DNA from: Mobula hypostoma
Lineage: Eukaryota
Assembly (NCBI RefSeq): GCF_963921235.1
Contig: NC_086102.1
Span: 43,958,001 to 44,022,000 of the forward strand
Length of the DNA: 64,000 nt
Reading direction: 5' to 3'
Shown in pieces: positions 37,477 to 51,427 of the stretch; positions within the stretch are counted from its first letter, which is position 1; each line of letters opens with the position of its first letter. Below the pieces are notes generated by a model. It saw only the letters and a list, made by a program, of their open reading frames with translations, did not search any database and had not been told where the DNA came from. The translations under genes and the position numbers were made by a program.

Positions 37477-40400
37477 CTGCAACACAAAAATAAAAAAGTA
37501 TCATTATATTTTATTCCTCATTACATTTTTAGATGACCCTATTTTGGCATAAATGCTGTACACAGCAAAACCATGTGGAAATGTTGGTATTAAACTTAAG
37601 CAGCAAATACCAATGGGCTGTGGATTTGTGTGTTCGTGACCATGAGTCTGACCACTAGCACTGTTGGCCAATTTTTATTTTCAGTAAAATCATGACTAAT
37701 GAGACAGCAACTTCCTCCTTTATAATCAGTTTCATTTCCAAGTCCGTGTTGGAGATTCTTGAACTCCTGGCCAATGTCACATTACCATAGTTGTAGACAG
37801 ATCACAAAAGTTCATTGGAAAAGAAGGGAATCTTGCCTGGAAGACAGTAGGCTATCTTTAAGCAATAGCCAGCTATTGCATTCAGTCCTTTCAAGTTCAA
37901 GTTTATTGTCATTCAATCATATACATGTATACCACCAAACAAAACAACGTTCCCCCAGATCAAGGAGCATAACACGTACATATACAGTAACTCACACACA
38001 ACACATAAAAAGATATTACCACACATATTAAAATATATTCCAGAAGTTTACCATACCCATGGTCTGCTCTTTATCAAATTACAGTATTGCTTTGCACTGT
38101 TGTAACTATATGTTATAATTATGTGGTTTTGTCAGTTTTAGTCTCGGTCTATCCTGTGTTTCTGTGATATCATGCTGGAGGAATATTGTATCATTTCTTA
38201 ATGCATGCATTTCTAAATGACAATAAACGAGGACTGAGTGTCCTCATAATCTAAAAAAGTTTGACATTTAGCATAAGGTGCAATTATGACACTAGTTAAA
38301 AGGTAAACAATATAACACTACTGGCACTTCATAAGTGATGAGACCTGGGTGGTGGCAGGAAGTTCAGTTATCTCACGGCCTGGAAGAACAAGCTGTTTCC
38401 TGTCCAAACACTACTTGTTCTAAAGCTGGAACACCCGCTGCCTGATGCTAGGGGGGGGTCAAAGAGATTGTGGGTCAAACAGGAGGGATGTTTGACAATG
38501 CTAAGGGCCTTGCAAATGCAGCGTTCCAGATAAATATATCAGATGGGTGGAAGAGAGACCTTGATGCAAGACCAGCAAGCTTGTTGGAATCAGAGAGTTT
38601 AGTGCCGGCAATTCACATTTCACTGTTCATCCAACTGTTAAACCAGTCAGATCCCTAGATAAACTGCCTTAGAGTTCACCCCATTCACTTTCTGCTGTTA
38701 CGTACTCAGTAATGAACTCCAAGTAAATTATCAGCCAGAATTTATTAATCCATGCAGATTCCAGGTTTTCTTCCTTGACCTACATCAGGCAGCAGCTGAG
38801 ACGATGCAATTTACTTGAGAGCTTGGATTCTACAAGTAGAAGCAGGCTTGTTCTTCTGAATGTTTCCTAAAAACTTGAAAAATATTGTAACATAAAGCAT
38901 GAACCTACTAAACAGCCTTTGCACCATAAACATTTCTGCTTGTTTTGGGTGTCTGTCTAACAAGCAAAAAATTAATGTTCCTCATCAGTAGACCTCAATC
39001 AGTGAGGATGGCAGGGCACCTCCCTAATGATCTTTAACGCTGCCGCACCTCAATGCTGCATGCGTAGCCCCCTGCTCTAGTCTTTCTACACAGCTGACTG
39101 TGTGCCTAAGCACAGCTCCAACGCCATTGTCAAATTCGCCAGTGAGACTACTGTTTCTGGATGAATCACAGATGTTGATAATACTGCCATTACTGTTATT
39201 GGACAAGTCACAGCTTACCAGAGTGAAATATGTCACCTGGTTGACTGGTGCTGCAAAAACAACCTTGCACTCAATATCAGTAAAACTAAAGAGCTGATTG
39301 TTGACGTCAAGAAGGGGAAGGGGGGAGCACATACACCTATCTACATTGGGAGGATCAATGGTGAAGAGACTCAGCAGCTTTAAACCCCTGGGTGTTAACA
39401 TATCAGATAATCTGTCCTCGCGACAGCACAAAGATCCAATCGTAAGGAAAGCAACTGAGTAACAACATCTTCCTTCAGGCTGTGGGACTAATGAATACCC
39501 TGTCACCACCAAGTATGCATCACTAGGATAGTGAGCTGTTTACTGTGCTGTGCATTATGTGAACTTTAAGTTATATTTTAATAACCTACTTGTGGTTTTA
39601 TTTTATTTGCTGTGTGTATGTTTTGTGGGTGCAATATGGTCTAGAGGAACATTGTTTCATTTGGTTGTAGATGTGTAGAGCCAGGTGACAATAAACTTGA
39701 ACTTTCTTAGGTGGTTGAGGAGCTTCAACTTGCCAGTGAACATGAACAAACTTTTACAGATGTAGTGCTGAACATATCCTGAATGGTTGCACCACAGCAA
39801 ACTGAACGTGCAGGAACATAAGCAGCTAAAGAGAGTAGTGGACTCTACCCAATATATTATAACCGTATCCATCCCTACCATTGGTAGGATCTACAGGAGG
39901 CACTGGCTGAAGAAGACCTCCACCATCAAAGATCCCCACCATCCAAGCTATGCCACCTTTGTGCAGCCGCCATCAGACAGGAGGTACAGAAGCCTGAACT
40001 CCCACACCATCAGGTTCAACAACAATGACTTTCCTTAAATGCTGCCTGGCCTGCTGAGTTCCCCCAGCATTTTGTGTGTGTTGCTTGGATTTACAGCATC
40101 TGTAGATTTTCTCTTGTTTGTGATTTGATTACTACACTGTGAAGTCTCTTCCAGAAATGCTTACCCTGAAGAAGTTTAAACCTCCCCTTCGATGGGAGTT
40201 CAGTGAAACCCTCCCTCACTGCTCCCCCTCTGTGATCCCTGCTGCTCTCCAACTCTGTGGCCACGTGCTTATCCAGACCCGCGACTACAACCATGTATCC
40301 TTTCTGGGAACATGTCTTCGCTGCTAGCTTGCACCACATGGCTTCGAGATTCATTTAGGTGCTGCCTGGCCTGCTGAGTTCCTCCAGCATTTTGTGTGTG

Positions 40401-42807
40401 TTGCTCTGATTTTCAGCATCTGCAGATTTTCTCCCTCAACCATTCAGTTCCTGAACCAGTCAGCAAAACCTTAACTCTACATCTTCAAAGATTCAAGATT
40501 CAAAGTACATTTATTATCAAAGAATGTATAAATGATACACCTTGAGATTGGTTTAATTACAGGCAGGCACAAAGCAAGAAACACAAAGAACTCAATTAAA
40601 ATAAAGAAAGACCATAACCACTGCACAGAGAAAGAGGAAAAAACACACATCATGCAGACAATAGAAGCAAGCGACAGCAACGCTATGACTAATTTGATGG
40701 TTTTACATTAAAATGGACTTGTTTTGTTCTAATTGTTTTCATTCTTGTAACAATTGTGAATAATTTATGTTTTTCTTGTGAATATTGCTTATGTAATTCT
40801 GTGTGCCTGTGATGCTGCTGCAAGTTAAGTTTTTCACTGCACCTGTACATAACATGTATTTGTACGTACATGTGACAATAAAATTGGGGTTGACTTTATA
40901 TCTGTCCAGCTGTAAAAACGTGTGATGAACAGCACTTTAGTTTCTCACCCACTGAACCACAGCCTCACACGTGGAGTGAAAACTGCATTCTCGGTCTGAT
41001 GTGCACGAGTAAATTTATATGCAAAAAATTGCGGCCAAGATGTTTCACTTGACTACTATACAGCCCCTGGACTGGTCTAACACCTGAAGAAACCATCTGG
41101 GCACCGTAATGTGAAAACCACTGAGAGGGCGAATTTTTACTCTTAACTTTTACAAGTCTTAAGGAGTAGAAGGGTGAAGGATGTTTAAAATTGCAGACTG
41201 TACTTCCTTAAAAGTTAAGTTTCAAGTACATTAACCCGTTAAATGTTAATGCAAACTACATGTCGCATAATGCAAACATTCTCATTTACTGGATGCATTT
41301 TTCAGGTCATTTTACATACTTAGTTAGAAACTGAAATACAATGCAAAGTGAAAGTGACATCACTTGTGCAATTGATTATTAACAATGAAATTGAATTTAA
41401 GGGCAAATATAAAGAAACAGCACTCTGTACCAAAGAAAAGCCTCCTTGATTGATTTGTATATTTATTTATTTATTTATTGAGTTACAGGCTTTCCTGGCC
41501 TTTTGAGCAGTAACGCCCAGCAACTCCCGATTTAACCATAGCCTAATCATGGGACAATTGACAATGACCAATTAACCTACCGACCAGTTTGCCTTTGGAC
41601 TGTGGGAGGAAACCACAGCACCTGGAGGAAACCCACATGGTCACTCATTATAGCTCTGTGACATGGATTTCACTTTGTTGGCAATTTCATTCTAGCTAAA
41701 AGAACCAAACAGGCATGAAACTAAATAGAGTACATTAAAAAATACTCATAATCAGCAAACCACAAAGTGATAAAAACACCTTTTATAATGTACAGAAAGC
41801 ATTATAAAGAATAAGATATACTATAGACATGAGACTATGGTAGGAACCATAATATCAACATACTTTTCACAAAAAGTATTTTTGATTATTTTAAAAGCGA
41901 TAGATTTTTTTTACTTTGGAAAGGAGAATGTTTATGTTCTACAAAAAATATACAGCAAAAGAAAAGTTTAGTAATATTTCTGGCATACTATGCTTTTAAA
42001 ACTGTTATGCCTTGATTTGATTTTCTGAAGGGTATTTACAGTGAGAAGAAAATACAAAATGTAAATTCATCTCACTTTCCAAATTTGTAAAAATTTTACC
42101 TTTTGGAATTTTAGCTATGTAGTCCGAGGGGACATAGGACATCATTGTCAGTAACTTATGCATTTCCAGTTTTTACTACAGATATAGGCTCCACAGGTTG
42201 TTGGCAACTTCAAAATGTATCAATAGTAGCTACCACCCGCTTAGCTATCAACACGTCAGGTAATATACCTCAAAGGGCGATAACTCAACAAAATTAATGT
42301 GTAACCAAAAGCCAAAAAATTGGAATTAAATAGTTGGCCAAGGAAAACAAGCAACCCTGTTCCCACCTCCAATACTTCGCTAGGTTATGGAAACACATTG
42401 GTCTAGAGAGTTTCATTGCAGCATTCACAAAAATAAACAAAATAAATATTTCCAACTCTGACCTACCTCTATCAATAGGCCTTACCCTCAAATGCTTCAA
42501 CTTTAAGAGGAATGATTTATCTCTCACCAATCTGCAGCCACATTTGGAAATTAGCATGCTGCTCACTATGGAGCAGGCATTTTCCTTACCCACGTAGTTA
42601 TTCATTGATGTCAGTGTGGAAAGAATATAACGATGGGAATGTTGTAATGGTGCAGAATGCTATATCTGCGGGGTAGTAAGACATAAGGTGTCGCTAATGT
42701 TCTTCACATTAGGCAGAGGTTAATTCTGATATATGTAATTTGTTAAAATTGAATCAAAAATTTACTGAGAAAGAAACTAGAGCTAGCAGAAAAGGCAACT
42801 ACATTAC

Positions 42808-42831
42808 TTGACTCTGTTTTTGAAAGTTTTT
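42808..42831 (-). CDS. Candidate 24-nt cytoplasmic micro-exon (KNFQKQSQ, phase 0-0)
   Basis: ctctttcctccag|...|gtaatg; the frame is compatible between exons 47793-47863 and 37210-37476. Confidence 0.4.
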
Positions 42832-43199
42832 CTGGAGGAAAGAGGTGTACATACATAGCTTTTGGTTTTCTAGATGAAGGCCACAATAATTTAATGTGCA
42901 TAGGTAGATGCATGGAAATAAAATCCACCTTGAAGAACATCAAGGAAAAATCTGCACCAAGGGGATGGGCATGGCATTCTGACCAGCTATATCTGGGACA
43001 TGAAACCAGGGTAACCTTCAGTCTCCGTCACAGCTCAATATTTTGGAGCTGCTAACAATGAAGATAATAATCGTGCAGTCATGGTAAATGGAGTAGGTTA
43101 AAATGAATATTAAATTCTTAGACTCAGGGATTCATACAACATGGAAACAGGACACTTGACTCTACTACAGTTGGCCCAACTCGTCCCCAAGGCTACAGG

Positions 43200-46100
43200 A
43201 CACAGATAAACTGCCAAGAGAGGGAAGGGAAAACATTAGACAGTGGGGAGTACCCCTGTGGCCATCTCCCTCAACAATAAGTACTGTTGGGGGGGGGGCA
43301 ACGACATAGCTGGGTGAAGCAACACCAGTCGTGCCTCTGGCACTGATTTTGGCCTGTGGCTCAGAAGGCTAGGGAACTAAAGGGGATGGTAGCAGTAATA
43401 GGGGACTCTATACAAGGGGACAGATACGTGATTCTGTAGCCGCAAAAAAGAAACACGGATGGTAGTTTGCCTCCCAGGTACCAGGGTCTGTGATCTTTCT
43501 AAACGCATCCACAATATCCTGAAAAGGGAGGGTGAGCAGCCAGAAGCCGTGGTACATATTGGTAGAAAAAGGTAGGAGGTCCTGAAAACAGAATACAAGG
43601 CGTTACGAAGGAAGTAGAGAAGTAGGACCTGAAAGGTAGGTATCTTGGGATTGCTGCCTGTGCCACACGACTGTGAGGATAGGAAATAAATGAGGTGGCA
43701 GATAAATGTGTGGCTGAAGAATTGGAGCAGAGGGCAAGGATTCAGATTTCTGGATCATCGGGACCTCTTCTGGGGTAGGGGTGGCCTGTACAAAAGGAAC
43801 GGGTTGCACTTGAATCTGAGGAGGACCAATATACTTGCAGCCAGATATACTAAAGCTGTTGGGAGTGGTTTAAACTAATATGGCAGGGCGAAGGGAACCA
43901 GTATGATAGAACTGAGGATGAGCCTGCAAGTACATGATGGGTGTAATACGAATGTAAGGAACGACAAACCAATGATGTGTACAACTCCAGACAGTGCAAA
44001 GAGTTAAATTGTACCACAGAGGCAAAATTCAAAAGGGAGAAGAATGCAGGACTGAAGGTGCTGTATTTAAATGTGCGTAGCCTTCAGAATAAGATAGACA
44101 AACTCGTGGTGCAATTAGAGATTGGGCATTATGACATTGTAGGCATCACTGAGTCATGGTTGAAAGATGGTGATAGTTGGGAGCTTAATATCAAAGGATA
44201 TACTTTGTATCAAAAGGACAGGCAGATAGGCTTAAGTGGTGGTTTGACCCTATTGGCAAGAGATGCAATTACTTCTTCAGAAAGAGGTGACATTGGGTCG
44301 GAGAATGTCAAACCTTTGTGGAGTTAAGAAACTGCAAGGGTGAAAAAAACATTATGGAAATCATATAGAGGCCTCCATATAGTAGCCAAGATGTGGGGTT
44401 GAGTTTGCAAAGGGAGCTGAAAAAGGAATGTAATAAGGGTTATGACACAATTGCAAAGGGGGACTTCAGTTTGCAAAAGGATTGGGAAAATCAGGTTGGT
44501 GTCAGATCGCAAGAGAGGGGATTTGTTGAATGCCTATGAGAAGGCTTTCTAGAGCAGCTTGTGCTTGAGCCTACATGGGGAAAGGCTATTTTAGATTGGG
44601 TGTTGTGCAATAACACAGAATCTTATTAGGGAGCTTAAGGTTAGAAAAACACCTTTAGGAGGCAGGGATTATAATATGATTGAATTCATACTGCAGTTTG
44701 AGAGGGAAAAGCATATGTCAGATGTATCAGTATCACAATGGAATAAAGGGAATTACAGAGGCATGAGTGAGGAGCTTGCCCAGTTGTGCTGGAGAGGGAT
44801 ACTGGTGGGGATGACGGCAGAGCAGAGGTGGCTGAAGTTTCTGGGAATAGTTGTCAAGGCACAGGATAGATACATTCCACAAAAGAAGTTCTCAAATGTC
44901 AGGGGTAGGCATCTGTGGCTGACAAGAGAAGTTAAGGCATGTATAAAAGTCAAGGAAAGGGCATATAATGCAGTAAAAGTGAATGGGAAGTTGGATGATT
45001 GGGACGTTTTTAAAATCCAACAAACGGCAACTAAAAAAGCTTTAAGAAGGGAAAAGGTGAAATATGAGGGCAAACTAGCCAATAGTATGGCGGGATACTA
45101 AAAGTTTTTTCAATTATACAAAAAGTAAAAGGAGGGTGAGAGTTGATATTCGAACATAGAAACATAGAAATCTACAGCACATTACAGGTCCTTCAGCCCA
45201 CAATGTTTTGCCAACCATGTAACCTACTCTCAAGTTCCTACGGTTGTCACAGCCCGGGGGTGGTAGTGGGGATAAGCTCCCACTATCTATAAAATGCTCT
45301 AAATGGCATGCGACTCTAACAGCCTCTGACAACCTAGTCCAACTCTTGGTCTTCACCTGTGCCTTAGCTACTAGGCCTAGCAGAACTGTTTCTACTGACA
45401 AGAGAAGGGGCAAAGGCAGACCCACTTTGGAGTCGATTAGTAAGGATGAAGTTTCGGGGAACTTGGAGATTGATGATAAAATAAGTCAAAGTCAGCATGA
45501 TTTCTGTAAAAGGAAATCTTGCCTGGAAAATCTGATGGAGTCCTTTGAGGAAGTAACAAGCAGGGTGGACAAAGGAGAGGCAGTGGATGTCATTTACTTG
45601 GATTTCCAGAAGGCATTTGATAAGGTGCCTCTCACTGAGACTGCTTATAGATAAAATCCCATGGCATTACAGGACAGATACTGCCATAGTTAGAGGAATG
45701 GCTGACAGGCAGGAAACACAAGGTTAATTTACAGGTTCAGTCTGTGGTAAAGAAGGCAAATGCAATGTTGGCATTTATTTCAAGGGGAATAGAATATAAA
45801 AGTCAGGAGATAATGTTGAGCCTTTATAAGACACTAGTCAGGCTGCACCTGGAGTATGGTCAACAGTTTTGGGCCCCTTATCTCAGAAAGGAAGTGTTGT
45901 CTTTGAAAAGAGTGCAGAGGAGGTTCACGAGGATGATAGCCAGAACAAAGGGGTTAGTATATGAGGAGTGTTTGGCATTTTTAGGTCTGTATTCACTGGA
46001 ATTTAGAAGAATGCAGGGTGGATCTCATTGAAACCTACTGAGTGTTGAAAGGACTAGATAAGGTGGATGTGGAGAGGATGTTTCCTATGGTGGAGTATCC

Positions 46101-46400
46101 AGAACTAGAGGGCATAGCCTCAAAATTGAGGGGCAACCCTTTAAAACAAAGGAAATGAGAAGTTTTTTAGCCAGAAAGTGGTGAATCTGTGGAATGCTGT
46201 GCCACAGGCAGCTGTGGAGGCCAAGACCATGGGTATATTTAAAGTGAAAATTGATAGTTTCCTGATTGGTCAGGCATCAAATGTTATAGCGAGAAGGCAG
46301 GTGCATGGTGTTGAGTGGGATCCAGGATCAGCTATGATGGAATGGTGGAGCAGACTCGATGGGCTGAATGGCCTAATTCTGCTCCTATGTCTTATGGTCT
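43200..46400 (+). mobile_element. Long degenerate CR1 LINE (esterase-type ORF1, APE, RT fragments)
   Basis: SGNH-like ORF1 remnant (GDSI.., GLHLNLRRT), APE (VLYLNVRSLQNK, VGITESWL) and RT (YLDFQKAFDKVP). Confidence 0.85.
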
Positions 46401-47792
46401 TAGCTCATCCATGCCATCCAGTGGGCACTCGTCTGTATTATGCCCTTTCCCAACACTTGGTCTATTGCCCTCCCTGCCTAAGCGATTCAGGTGCTCATCT
46501 ATTGCTGTTCCTTTTCGCACTTTGTGGCACATCAGACAGCATTTTTTACTGTTTTCTTAGCATTTGACTGTTTTTATGGGGTCAATTTGCTAGCTCAACA
46601 CACAGATGTAAAGCATGATAGCAGCTGGCCAGATTCAAACCCGAGACCAATCGCCTCGAAGTCTGATGCTGATGTCACTATACCACTGGCTAGTTTAGGT
46701 GCTTATCTATACACTTCGTAAATACTTTCAGTTAACCAGCTGCTACTAAACTCTCAGAAGTGTGTTCCAAGAGAAGAAGGTCCCCCTCAGATCCCCCTGA
46801 AATCTCTCCCACTTAACCTATACCTATGTCATCTAATTTTAACTGCCTCTGATTTGGAAGACAGCTCCTACTGTCTATCCTATCTATACTAATAATTTCT
46901 TATACCTTACCATGTCCCCTCTTAATGTCCTCCACTCTTCAGAGAACAGATAAGACTTCAACAGTCTCCTCAGGAGTGAACCATTTCATCCCAGGCAAAT
47001 CTCCTCTCTATCCCAGCTCTATCATATCCTTCCTGTATATTGGGGTTCAGGCTGCACACAGTACTTCAGCTGAGGTATGACCTATATTTTATAAATTAGT
47101 AGCATAACCTCTCTACCTCTGCATTTCCTTCCCCAGCTAATTAAAGCCACAATCGAACGTGCCTTTCTAACCAATTATCTTCCTGTGCTATCACCTTCAA
47201 GGACCTTTGAATGTCCTCCAAAATCCATCTGGCTGTCAGAACTCCCCGGAACTCTACCATGCATGGTCATTTGGCACTCAAACTGCACCACCTCATGTTT
47301 GTCTGGATAAAATTCCATATACCATGTTTCATCAGCACAGTCTCTCACTGCAGCCTAAAACAATCTTCCACACTATCAACTTCATGCCAGCCGTGAACTT
47401 ACTCATCAAACGTCCCACACCCATACACATTTATAATGTATTGTTTATCTTACAAATATATATGAAGGTTGAAATACGTATCTTACAGCTATATTATAAA
47501 AGCAGCAAGGTTCCCAGTACCAGCCTTTGTGGGACACCGCTTGTCAAAGTCATTCAATTGTAGAAACCTTCAATCTGGCATTAACTTAATATGCAGGCAG
47601 TTAAAATATATTCCACTCAACAGACTCCATGTATTCCCCACTTTGCCTTCTTGGTGCCTCCCATCTAATGGCACTGGTAAATTAATTTAAATAAGCTGGC
47701 AATACTTTACTGAACTTTCAGTACATCAGAGATCATGTGCATACGGTATGGGGTGGGGGTGCGAGTTGTTTGATATCAAAGTGTATACTTAC

Positions 47793-47863
47793 TCTGTTTA
47801 CTGAATCTTTCTTCCATTTTCTCTTTGTTTGATTATCAACATTTTTGTCATGGGCTGATGAAT
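47793..47863 (-). CDS. Juxtamembrane cytoplasmic exon (DSSAHDKNVDNQTKRKWKKDSVNR, phase 1-0)
   Basis: tttttatag|...|gtaagt; the frame is open and converts the phase 1 end of the TM exon to the phase 0 start of the terminal exon. Confidence 0.7.
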
Positions 47864-49127
47864 CTATAAAAATACCATGAATATCATAAGCATCTCAGGT
47901 TAGTGGGACATATATTTTTACATAGAAGCAACAGTCTTTTTTGACTGTTTTGCATTTTTAAATCTTTTTATTAATTATTATTGAAAATCAACAAAAAAAG
48001 TAACAGTCTTGATACTGTAAGTAACAATTGGATACTAATCAGTATCAACATTTCAATTTCTAATTCTTCAAATAATAATTGGCAAGTCAGCTTTTTTAAA
48101 CTACATTCCTAAACTGTGGGACTGAATACCTAAAACTGTAAGGGATGCAGACTCAGTTGACAATTTTAAACACCAGTTCAAAACCTATTTACTTAACCTT
48201 GTTTTTAACTAACATCTATTTGTCTTTTATTTTCATGTTTGAACTTTATCTAATTGTAAAGGACTTTGAACTACATCGTTTGTATGAAGAGTATTCTATA
48301 AATAAATTATTATTATTAATAATTATATTTGAAAGCTATGTTGGCTTAATTGGATGCAGAACTATTTATATTTAGCTGCACTCATTTTCTGATATAAGCT
48401 TATTTCGAAAGGAGCAAAAAACAAGCAGCTCGTAGGATGGGGGAAGAGGCAGAACAAGCCTCTTGTTGGAGTTGGAGTAGGCGAGAGGAGGGAAGCTGGA
48501 AGCCAGGAGCAGATGGGCAGTGATTTGGCCACCACTGCCGGCCCACCAACTGGAGAGTGTCGTGGTTAAGGGTCGAAACACTCGGTGAAGGTTGGGAACC
48601 ACCTGATGACATCTGATCCTGGCTGAAGGCTACAGTTACCTTATAAGGTAACTGGAGAATGCACCCTAACAGGTGTATGTAACAACTGCTTTTTTTTAGA
48701 TGAACTATTGTAATTTTGTAGGCTACATTATTATCTTTGTTGTGCATTTAATATATCAGTAATATTTGAGTAATATTGTAAATATATTGTTTGATTAAGC
48801 ATTTTTTGTTCATATAAGTAATTCATTATATGTAAAAGTACATGAATGCCATACATCATTACGCCACCACATCATAAATACGCACCTCACTGAAAATAAA
48901 TACGAAGAGTACACATTTGTCCTGGTCTCCCCGCGTTTTTCTTTTGATTAGTTTTATGTTTTGGAGTTACGAAACATAACAGTACTCTCTCCAGAAAATG
49001 TTATTTGAGTAGAATTTAAAACAGATTTTCACTTTTCTAATTACTTTTGCTTGAGAACTAAATGGGATGTTCACATTGATATACTCAGTTCCGTTACCAA
49101 GTAAAAATAAACAATGTATCTGATTAC

Positions 49128-49229
49128 CTTTTCCATTCTTGTGTTTACAGCATCGATTATTAATGATCCAGAAGCATAATGGTACAATGAGGATAAGAGT
49201 CAGCAGAGCAAAATAATACTTGGGGAATC
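49128..49229 (-). CDS. Transmembrane exon (GFPKYYFALLTLILIVPLCFWIINNRCCKHKNGK, phase 1-1)
   Basis: ttttgaag|...|gtaatc; a 19-aa uncharged hydrophobic stretch followed by CC and basic residues. Confidence 0.8.
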
Positions 49230-49669
49230 CTTCAAAATTACAATTGAAACATAAATTAAAACAATGTCACAATGAAAAGCAAATAGATCTCTAACTGATG
49301 CATGTTACTTTACATAAAATATTTCAAATAGACTCATACATATAACATAAATCATACATTAAGACAGAACTACATTTAAATCTACCATTTCTCAGAGGTT
49401 GTCCTCATGAAATATGCCAATAGATTCCCTTCTTAGGATCTTCACACAGAATATCAACAATACTTCTGCTTATGTACAATCTAATTCTATTTCTACAAAA
49501 ATCCTTAAATGCACAAAATAGCCTTTCAGTGGACAAAACCCACACTGTCATGGAAGATGATATCCAGAGTAATGATCTAATTATTCATGCCAAGGAACTG
49601 TCATACTTCATTGATTACCAATACAGTGAATTGCCACGATATAGTATTTTGTAAATTACCACAGCATAA

Positions 49670-51425
49670 TCCGCTATGAAAGTGGAGCTGACCAAAGTTG
49701 ATTGGAAGGGAACACTAACTGGGATGACAGCAGAACAGCAAAGGCTGGAGTCTCTGTGGGCAATTCGGAAGGTGCAGGTTAGAAACATCGCAAAGATGGA
49801 GGGGTATTCAAAAGGGAAGACAAGGCAACCGTGGGTGACTGGCGAAGTTAAAGGCAGCATGAAAGCCAAAGAGAGGTCATATCATATAGCAAAAATTAGT
49901 GGGAAGTTAGAGGAAGTTAGGAACTTTTTAAAAACTAACAGAAGACAAAGTTAAAAACACAAGGAGTGAAAGATGAAATATGGAGATAAGGTAGACAAAA
50001 ATATCAAAGACACCAAAAGTTTTTTTTCAGTTATAAAGAGTAAAAGAGAGGTGAGAGTGGATATTGGAATGCTGGAAATGACACTGGAGATGTAGTAACG
50101 GGAGCAAGCTTAATACGTATTTTGCGTCAGTCTTCATTATATCAGAAATTCGAGCATGTCAGGGGGCAGAAGTGAGTGCAGTTACTATTACTAAGGAGAA
50201 GGTGCTTGGGAAGCTGAAAGGTCTAGAACTAGGTAAGTCACCTGGACCAGACAAACTATAACACAAAATAATCTGCAGATGCTGGGGTCAAAGCAACACT
50301 TTCAGTACGCTGGATGAACTCAGCAGGTTGGGCAACATCAGTCAGAAATGATGAGTCTACTTTTCGGGCCGGAACCCTTTGTCAGGATGAAGAATGAAAG
50401 ATGGGGAAGGATTTGAAGAATGCTTGTAGCTTCAGTTGAAAGATCCCTCTGCAACCCATGATAGCCTTCGTCACTGTCCACAACACCCCAAATCTTGGTG
50501 TCATTCACAAATTTGCTGATCCAGTTAAGTATATTATCATCCAGATCATTGATATAGGTGACAGAGAACAATGGGCTCAGCACCGATCCCTGTGGCACAC
50601 CACTAAGCACAGGCCTCCAGTCAGAGAGGTAACCATCTACTACCACTCCCTGGCCTCTTAAAGCTAATGTCTAATCCAATTTACTACCTTATCTTGAATG
50701 CTGAGTGACTGAACCTTCTTTTCCAACCTCCTACACGGGGACCTAGTCAAATGCCTTGCTGAAGTCCATGTCGACAACACCCACTGCCTTGCCTTCATCC
50801 ACTTTCCTGGTAACTTCCTCAAAAAAGCTCTGTAAGACTGGTTAGACATAACCTATCACACACAAAGCCTTGCTGACTATCCTTAATCAGTCCATGTCTA
50901 TCCAAATACTCATATATCTGGCCACTTAGAATACCTTCCAATAACCTTACCACAACTAATCTCAGACTCAGCAGCCCGTAATTTCCTGGTTTATGTATGG
51001 GGGTGTTTGATGGCTTTGGGCCTGTACTCACTGGAGTTTAGAAGGATGAGTGAGGATCTTATTGAAACCTATCAAATACTGAAAAGCCTAGACAGAGTGG
51101 ATGCGGAGAGGATGTTTCCTATAGTGGGTGAATCTTGGACCAAAGTTCACAGCCTCCAAATAGAGGGACGTCCATTTAGAAAAGTGATGAGGAGGAATTT
51201 CTTGAGACAGAGGGTAGTGAATCTGTGGAATTCATTGCCACAGGAGGCTGTGGAGGCCAAGACATTGAGTATATTTAAAGCAGAGGTAGGTAGGTTCTTG
51301 ATTAGTTAGTGTGTCAAAGGTTACAGGGAGAAGGCAAGAGAATGGAGTTGAGAGGAATAATCAATCAGCCATGATGAAATGGTGGAGCAAACTGGAAGAG
51401 CCAAGTTGCCTAATTCTGCTCGTAT
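49670..51425. mobile_element. CR1 fragments in mixed orientation (+ 49670-50270, - 50430-50990, + 50995-51425) with a PLE fragment inserted
   Basis: CR1 ORF2 motifs on both strands (SGVPQGSVL; FLRQRVVNLWNSLP). Confidence 0.7.
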
Positions 51426-51427
51426 GC

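Noticed and set aside
37700-37800. A YNYGNV (Grb2-type) motif in a minus-strand frame near the terminal exon
   Set aside because: An in-frame TGA lies just upstream with no AG between it and the motif, so it cannot be spliced in.
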